From Podarcis tiliguerta (Eukaryota), in the NCBI GenBank assembly GCA_965153285.1, contig OZ229117.1: a DNA stretch of 64,000 nt. One strand, 5' to 3'. Below the pieces are notes generated by a model that saw nothing but the letters and a program-made list of their open reading frames with translations, was not told the origin of the DNA and did no database searches. Position numbers and translations under genes: made by a program. This document shows, piece by piece, positions 57,191 to 64,000 of the stretch. Every line of letters begins with the position of its first letter. Positions within the stretch are counted from its first letter, which is position 1.

Positions 57191-60100
57191 GATATAGTAT
57201 TTCATTTATATCTGTTTTTCCCCCCATCTTGTAGCAGGGTGGAGCAGTCATGTAGCAAGGTGGAGCGAATAGTAAACCCATTTGCACCCCCCCATTGTCC
57301 AAACAAATATCAATCTCCTCGCTCCACACACTCATATTTAAGGCAGGGAATGAGACACTGCTCACCTGGCTGCAGCATGTTGTCTGCATTTCAGAAGTCT
57401 GGAAGCAGAGTTGCTGTTCCACTTGCAGCTTTAAGCAGAACACCAATGATGAGGTGCTGCTCAGCTGTCCACATCTGGAAGCTCCCTAAGGCAGCAATTT
57501 AGCACAGTAAAACTTTGAAAGTAGGATAACCTGAGCAGCAGCAGATGTGAAAACTGCTTAACGTCAGTGCAAGTAAGGCAAAGTCATTTATCAACAGCAT
57601 CTAAAAAGCTTGGGTAGATTAAAAGGGCTTCAGCCTGATACTGGAACGATCACAGAATTCTTTGAGGACCACTGACAGGCCTCAGAGGCCTCTCTGGTAG
57701 TAGCAACCTCTGAAGATGATCTTAAGATCTGGGCAGAAAGTTATGTGGGAGGCATGTGGTAAACCATAGGCACCAACTGCACCCAGCAGCACTCTTAAAG
57801 GTGAGCCCCACCCTTGGGTGTTCCTTCCAGAGAGACTGACTTCTAGGCCCTGACAGCTCTTCTCCTTCTTAGAAGCCACAGTTGCCCAACAGAGCTGCCT
57901 TTGATGCAGGAATATGATACGTCAGGTATTTGATTCGGAAGTTCAATGTTCCTAACTCTCTGGTGCTCTCTTGAGAGAGATAGAGAGAGAACTGTAGCCA
58001 TCAGGAGCCCCTCCCCTTGTAACTCAGGGCTGGGGAACCTCTGGTCTGCAGGCCATACTTGACCTGCCAGGCGTTCAGATTTTGCCCGCAAAGCTGTTTC
58101 CCCCCAAACCACGCCCACCTGCTACACACCTGGTGTCCTATGTGACTGCAGGTAGAGAGGAGACTGCTGGAGCAGAATTGAGGGCCTTTATGTGCTCCCT
58201 CCCCAGAGTTCAGGCTCCTGCTCTCCTTCTCACCAGCTGATTATGGCATCATGTAACAGGCAATGACCAGTCTGAGTCATGTGGGAATGTCCAGCAAGGG
58301 GATGCTGACTTCACCATAAAACAGGAAGGGCAGGAGCTTTTTCTGCAGGAGAGATTCAAGGGGCATTTTGTCCTTTTCTTTAGGAGAGAGCAAAGCACTC
58401 CTTTTGTGGGCATCATGGCATAAAAAAAGTCTCTGCCAGGCTGGGCTGAGTTCTGCCAGAGAAAGATCTTATTCCACCACATGCATCATCTGTCTTGGGC
58501 CTTATGAGAGTACGCCGGCCAAGGTCAAGATCCAAGCAAGGAAGTCAAGCTGATGCCTGCAGCAGTTGCCTTTGCCAACTGGGTGCGCACCCACCCACAC
58601 CAAACATTCTTGGGCTCGAAGTCCCACCATTCCTGACTTTAATCTATGCTGGCTGCTGGGGTTGCTAGGAATTGGAGTGCTGGAACAACATCTGGAAGGC
58701 ACAGTGAATCCTTGCAGGGCTTGGCTAGCTCTGTTGTAATTAAAAATAAAAATCCCATTAAGGCTCTGTCTGGCTTAGAACCTGGGCAGAGGGAGATGAG
58801 AAGACCCCTACTGTGAGATGAATTATTAAGAATAAAGATGACATGAGGTTCCTGAGAGATGGGGGCTTGCTGAAGATTGCCACCTTTTTACTGATCTTGC
58901 TCTTGTGCTTAAACAGTAGGCTCGACACAGTGAAATCGGGCATGTGCAGCTTCTTCCTCCCTTGCCAGAAGATTCACCCACGAAGGGTGTGTTTATATTA
59001 CTGCCTTAAAGCGCACTGACAGGGGTGTGGACGTCTTTCCCTGATGCATAGCTGCCCACACCTTGGCTAGAGACTAATTAGGAATAGCTTAAGGGCTCCA
59101 ATCAGTGTGAAGCTGGTTTTGAGAAGCAACGGCATCAGGCAGTAGTATAACGAAGTACAATATTCATTTGCATTTTTGATGATGTCTTGTGACTAAAAAC
59201 CCAGCACTGGAAAGTTAATGAGTGCCCAGTAAAGGGGAATGTGGACATAAGCTTGAATTTCAATGTGTCGAGTTGCTGTTCAAGGCACAGGAGCCAGGCA
59301 GTAAAAAGATGACAACCTTAGCCACCTTTTAATGATGATGAAGGCAATAATAATACTTTCCACACCCCACTACTTTTGTATGAGAATGCCCCAGGCTCAG
59401 TTCTTTTCAGAGAATGAACTGTATTTCTTTTATCTGGTAGATCCTGGGAAATACTGGAGAAAGTCCACACTCTAATAATGAAATCATGGCCAAACAGTAA
59501 CGGAGCAGGGAATCCCAGGTGGGGATTGCACAGGTGCTGTTGCACTCAGGTCCTGCTTGCTTATGGGCCTCCCTTGGGGCATCTGGCTGGCTACTGTGAG
59601 AATTAGGTGCTTGACTAGATGAGCAGCCATGCTCTTCTAATGTTTTTAATTATGAGTTTCCTCTTTGCAGACAAAATCATTCCTCATAATTTTTCTCTCA
59701 CCCCTTATGTGCACACTTGAGCTGGCTAAAAACAGGAAACGAGTATTAAACAACCTGCTGCACAAGAAAAATAGGAACAAATTAAAGGCAATTGAGGGTG
59801 TTTGTGAAAAATATGAGAGCTCCCGCTCCCATTGGCATGTTGCTGGGGGCCTCCCACAACCTGGAATTAAGCCTGGCAGGCAAGGAGGGTTCTTAGCTTC
59901 CTGTGCCCAGTGGTATCTGAGCCAGTCTGTGCCCTACTTGCCTTTCATGTAGTGGGTGATGAACGTGCTCCTGGGATAGCATGCAGGATCTCAATGGGAC
60001 AAGTATGACTGGGCATTTGGCCACAAACCCAAAATGAATTTCAAAGGTGGAATGCATCATCAGCAACAAATCTGCAGAGTGCATGACGGAAAATGAAGGA

Positions 60101-60629
60101 CAGAAGCACCCAATTTGCCACACAATTAGTGGAACTTGTAGTTTGATCTCAACAGTGAGAGAGAATGGGGAAAAGGGGGGATGGAAAAGTTAAGGTTCTC
60201 TCCCCCCCCCCCCCCATTTTCAAGTAGGAAATGCCAAGGAGTCAACTAGAGATCCTCCTGGATCTGCAAAATCAGAGAGCTTTTATCTCAGTAGTTGGTT
60301 GGTGGCTGTCAATTCTTTGTTCACTGGACCATCTACAGGAACACATCTCATTTTTTAAACTGAGGTTTTCCTTACACTTTCCAAAGGCTGGTATGCTAGG
60401 CTGATTAATAGATCAGGGAGAAACGCCTGGGGATATGTTCCCCTTTGTGTGCTTGTGCTTCATAAACGTCCATATTTTGGCACACGTCCCTTTCTGCACA
60501 AAGGCGTCTTTTACAAGTTGTTTAAAGTCTCCACCCTTCTTTGATCTGCATGGAAATGAAGGAGCATGTGAGGTTGTTGCTGTTCCAATAGGTCTCAGAG
60601 TGGGCTGTTACTGGCCTTGCTTGTGGATG

Positions 60630-60632
<3 letters not shown>

Positions 60633-60682
<50 letters not shown>
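60633..60682. repeat. (CT)n(CA)n compound microsatellite
   Basis: Visible repeat. Confidence 0.95.
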
Positions 60683-60687
60683 GTAGA

Positions 60688-60866
60688 AAGCTGTGTAACA
60701 CTGAGTCAGATCACTGCTCTACGTCGTGTGGGACTACTGTCTACTCTGACCGGCAGCCGCTCAAGATTTGTGACCCCCTCAGAATGCTTCTCTGCAATCT
60801 TTTGACTGGTGGTTCTAAGGACTGAGCTTTAGCCCTTCTGCATAGCAAGCAGGTGCTCTAATACTG
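60688..60866 (-). mobile_element. Degraded tRNA-headed SINE
   Basis: CTGAGTCAGATCA...CTGTCTACTCTGAC...CCTTCTGCATAGCAAGCAGGTGCTCTA. Confidence 0.55.
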
Positions 60867-60927
60867 AAAATAAATCCATGCTAGGACCATGGGAACATAT
60901 TCATTTAGTTTTCAGGAATGCTTTAAT

Positions 60928-61181
60928 CAGGGGTCAGCAAACTTTTTTTATCAGGGGGCCGGTCCACTGTCCCTCAGACCTTGTGGGGGGCCAGATTATA
61001 TTTTGAAAAAAATCTATGAATGAATTCCTATGCCCCACAAATAACGCAGAGGTGCATTTTAAATAAAAGGACACATTCTACTAATGTAAAAAAACACACT
61101 GATTCCCGGACCGTCTGCGGGCCGGATTTAGAAGGCAATTGGGCCGGATCTGGCCCCCAGGCCTTAGTTTGCCTACCCATG
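60928..61181. mobile_element. hAT (Charlie-like) MITE
   Basis: TIRs CAGGGGTCAGCAAACT and AGTTTGCCTACCCATG; 8-bp target duplication GCTTTAAT and GCTTAAAT. Confidence 0.85.
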
Positions 61182-64000
61182 GCTTAAATGCTGGAATACT
61201 AGGATGTTGGCAGTGAAGGTCATGAAAATAAAAAGAGGCAAGATCTGGTGCTTTTGTTAATCAGCTGTTTATTTAGCTCAATGCATTTCAGAGGTGTCTC
61301 CTTTGTCAGGAGCAATGGATTAAACACAGTTAAAATAATGGTAAACTTGCAGGCCAGTGACATTATTAATGGGAAAGAACACATATTGAGTGAAAGTCAC
61401 ACACCCAAATGTGTAAGAAATCTTCTATTGAATTGTGCATTTCCTCACTAGGGATGCTGCCTTGGCTTGCATTTGTGGCCAGATAACAGAGGTGCTTCCT
61501 AAGTGCAGTAAACTTTTATTATGGCAGTCTTAACCAGGGCTGGCCCAAGACATTATGGCACTTGAGGCCCTGGTTTTAATGGTACAAATTCAGTGCCTAG
61601 GAAAGAGCAGAATATAGTTTGGGTGCACTTCTAGGGCAGGGGAATAACAGCAAGAATTCCAGACTTGGATGATCTTTTTTTTTGATCAAGTGGTCTATCA
61701 ATTTTCTAAATTAAAAAAATAGTATATACAAGTGAGGACAACAAAATGTTGTCAAGTATTTTGAATTATATATGTAAGAGACATTGGTGTCAATGGAAAA
61801 ATAAAGATTTGGGTTGGTGTCTTGCATTTTTCTCAGTGTGAGATTTAAAAAATAATAAAAATGGAAAAAGCAATGACTCATGATTGCCATGATCCTAGGC
61901 TGCAATCAAGCAGGAAAACTGATTTGATTTTTTTTGCGTGGGATATTTTGCTGAACTGCATTTGACTTCATCATTCCCCATCACCTTATTTCTTGTCAAA
62001 ATGTTCACCCTATGTTTTGCAAATTATGGCTGCCAGAATAAATTGTATACATTGATGTACAGTTATATAATGTAATTGGAGTACTAAATGCAGAGATTCT
62101 TGGCGCGGAATCTTTTCTAGAATACACCCCTGAAGGCCCATCAAGAAGGGGGGGAGGGAGGCAATTTGGACTTTGCAAAGGGGTGTGTATTGGGGGACAG
62201 TGACTGCTCCTTAATGAGCGAGGCATCTTGTCTGCGGGGTGGCTGATTCAGTAGATGCCAATACCCAAGTGCCCAACCCCAGGCAGCAGCACCCTCCATG
62301 GTTCCTTCTGAGGGGAGGGGAGACCTCTGTTAAGTTGCTGCGAGGACAATTTCCTCTGTGCCCTGTGCCACTGTAGGGCAGGAGGCGTGAAGGGCCTGCT
62401 GGTGGTGGCAAGGAGCGAGCCAGGAGGGTTTGCTGTCCTCCATCTTGCCTGCCAAGAGGCCCTGTCCAATAGGCCGAGGGGAGGCCTGCTGGCTTCACTG
62501 TTTGGGTGGCCCCAGAGACTCAGCTGGACCAGGGAGAGAAGAAGGTAAGAACTGAGAAGGCCAGCCTCATCTTCCCCTCTGTGAGCCCAGCCCCACATTT
62601 CCGCCTCTTGCCTCATATCTGAGAACCTTTCCCCTCATAGGAAAACCTATGGCAAGCAATTAAACCATTTCCAAAGAGTGATCTGCTATCAGTAGAAAAT
62701 GATGCCAGCAATTGCCAGCTGCTTATGTCAGATTTCACCCCCATTTTGTGACAGGCTTCTCTCGTGCACCCCAATTTTGCAGACTGGTGAGCCTCACTAA
62801 TTTTCTGTGGGGTATTCCAATCGTGGTATCTTGGTTGTAGTATATGTAGTGACTCAAAAAGATTCAGGCACACCTAGTAAAGGAAAAATGGATCCAGTAA
62901 CAAGTCACATGATGCGTTGTAACCTGCTTCTTTATAGTGTTCAATTTTTTGTGTGATTTGTCCGCTCTCTGCATGGAATGGCTATAACATAGCTGTGCTT
63001 TGCAGATAGGTGAGTGATGGCTGCCAGGGTAACTCAGATAAGTTGTGTTCTCCTTTCTAGTACAAGCTAGCCCACCTTCTCCGCTGTGCGTCCTAAGAGC
63101 TCCCACCTAATTTCAGAACCAGGGTCTACGCTTTATTAGGCAGCTGGTCTTTGAAAGAGACTGCTGGGCATGGTTAGAAAAAGCAGAAAGTCCCAGGAAC
63201 AACAGCTGCTAATTTCTGGCAGAGGCAATAGTTCACACTTGCAGCCCAGGATCTCTTGTTAAGTTCTTTTTGAGGAAGAAAGTTTGCACATGGTAACTTT
63301 TATCACCTTGCTTTCATTTAATTGCATTGCATTTATTATATTTATATCCTGTTTTTCTTCCAAGGAATTTAGGGTCCTCCCTGCACCTGCATTTCATCTT
63401 CACAGCAAATTATGTGAAATCATTTTATTATTGATGATTGATTATATTTGTTATATTTATTATACTTGTTAGTTGCTACAATTTGCCCAAGGCAACTCAA
63501 AGTGACTCACATTTTGATAGGGAGAAGATAAAGTAGGATAGACTGAGCTGCATGAAAGTCTCCAGCATTGTCACTTTGGAAGGACCGATAGACTTAAAGG
63601 CTTTCCCTGATTTGGTAAATTCAGAGATTTATCACCTTTAAAATAAAAGTGTGACTTAGCCTCAGATGTTGAGGAAAAGGACACTTTGTGCTTGAAGCAC
63701 ATTCTGCAGAGTGGGTGGCTCATCTGAATTCATTAGGAGATGACAAGTTAATTGTTGTCAGATGTATTCGTTTTGGCAGCGAGCAGAACTGCTGAGACTG
63801 CAGGATCCTGCCTTTTGGTCTCTTTGGCGCTGGTGTCACAGTGAAGGAAGCCACCCTTGCAAGAAGGGAGGTTGGCTCTTGAGGCTGCGGCCTACCCTGC
63901 TACAAAGATCACTCCCAGGAGGCCAATCTTATGTCTTCTGAGCATGTGCGTAGATGCTACTGTACCTTCTGCTTCCATTTTAAGTCAAAAAGGCCACAAT

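Noticed and set aside
58758-58943. ORF starting MPDFTV, reminiscent of the SLC12A4 N-terminus (MPHFTV)
   Set aside because: Similarity ends after 6 residues; no CpG island or donor
1-64000. CRISPR arrays, operons or prokaryotic defence systems
   Set aside because: The sequence is intron-rich vertebrate DNA; its repeats are dispersed transposons and microsatellites with no repeat-spacer periodicity

Overview
This is vertebrate genomic DNA, not prokaryotic. The repeat content (CR1 and L2 LINE 3' ends, tRNA- and CORE-type SINEs, TA-flanked CAGTGGTACC MITEs) points to a squamate, probably a lacertid-like lizard; that taxon call is an inference. The dominant feature is a complete FHOD1 formin gene on the minus strand. 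I reconstructed 24 coding exons by hand, from the ATG at 37268 to the TGA at 5135. They total 3957 nt (1318 aa, or 1292 aa without two cassette exons) and all splice phases are consistent. The gene includes a 24-nt microexon and a 54-nt exon that the ORF track does not resolve as exons, one GC-AG intron and a Cys-interrupted tandem-repeat FH1 domain. A CpG-island promoter lies at about 36.8-37.95 kb. A second CpG island at about 50.55-51.8 kb contains a plus-strand first exon ending in a Kozak ATG directly followed by a GTGAGT donor; its gene cannot be identified inside the window. I found no SLC9A5 or TMEM208 coding exons, although they flank FHOD1 in human. Most short ORFs in the track are chance ORFs or transposon remnants. 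I found no convincing wholly new biological system. The best leads concern splicing architecture, synteny and transposon nesting. Comparisons to human proteins are from recall and should be confirmed by alignment.
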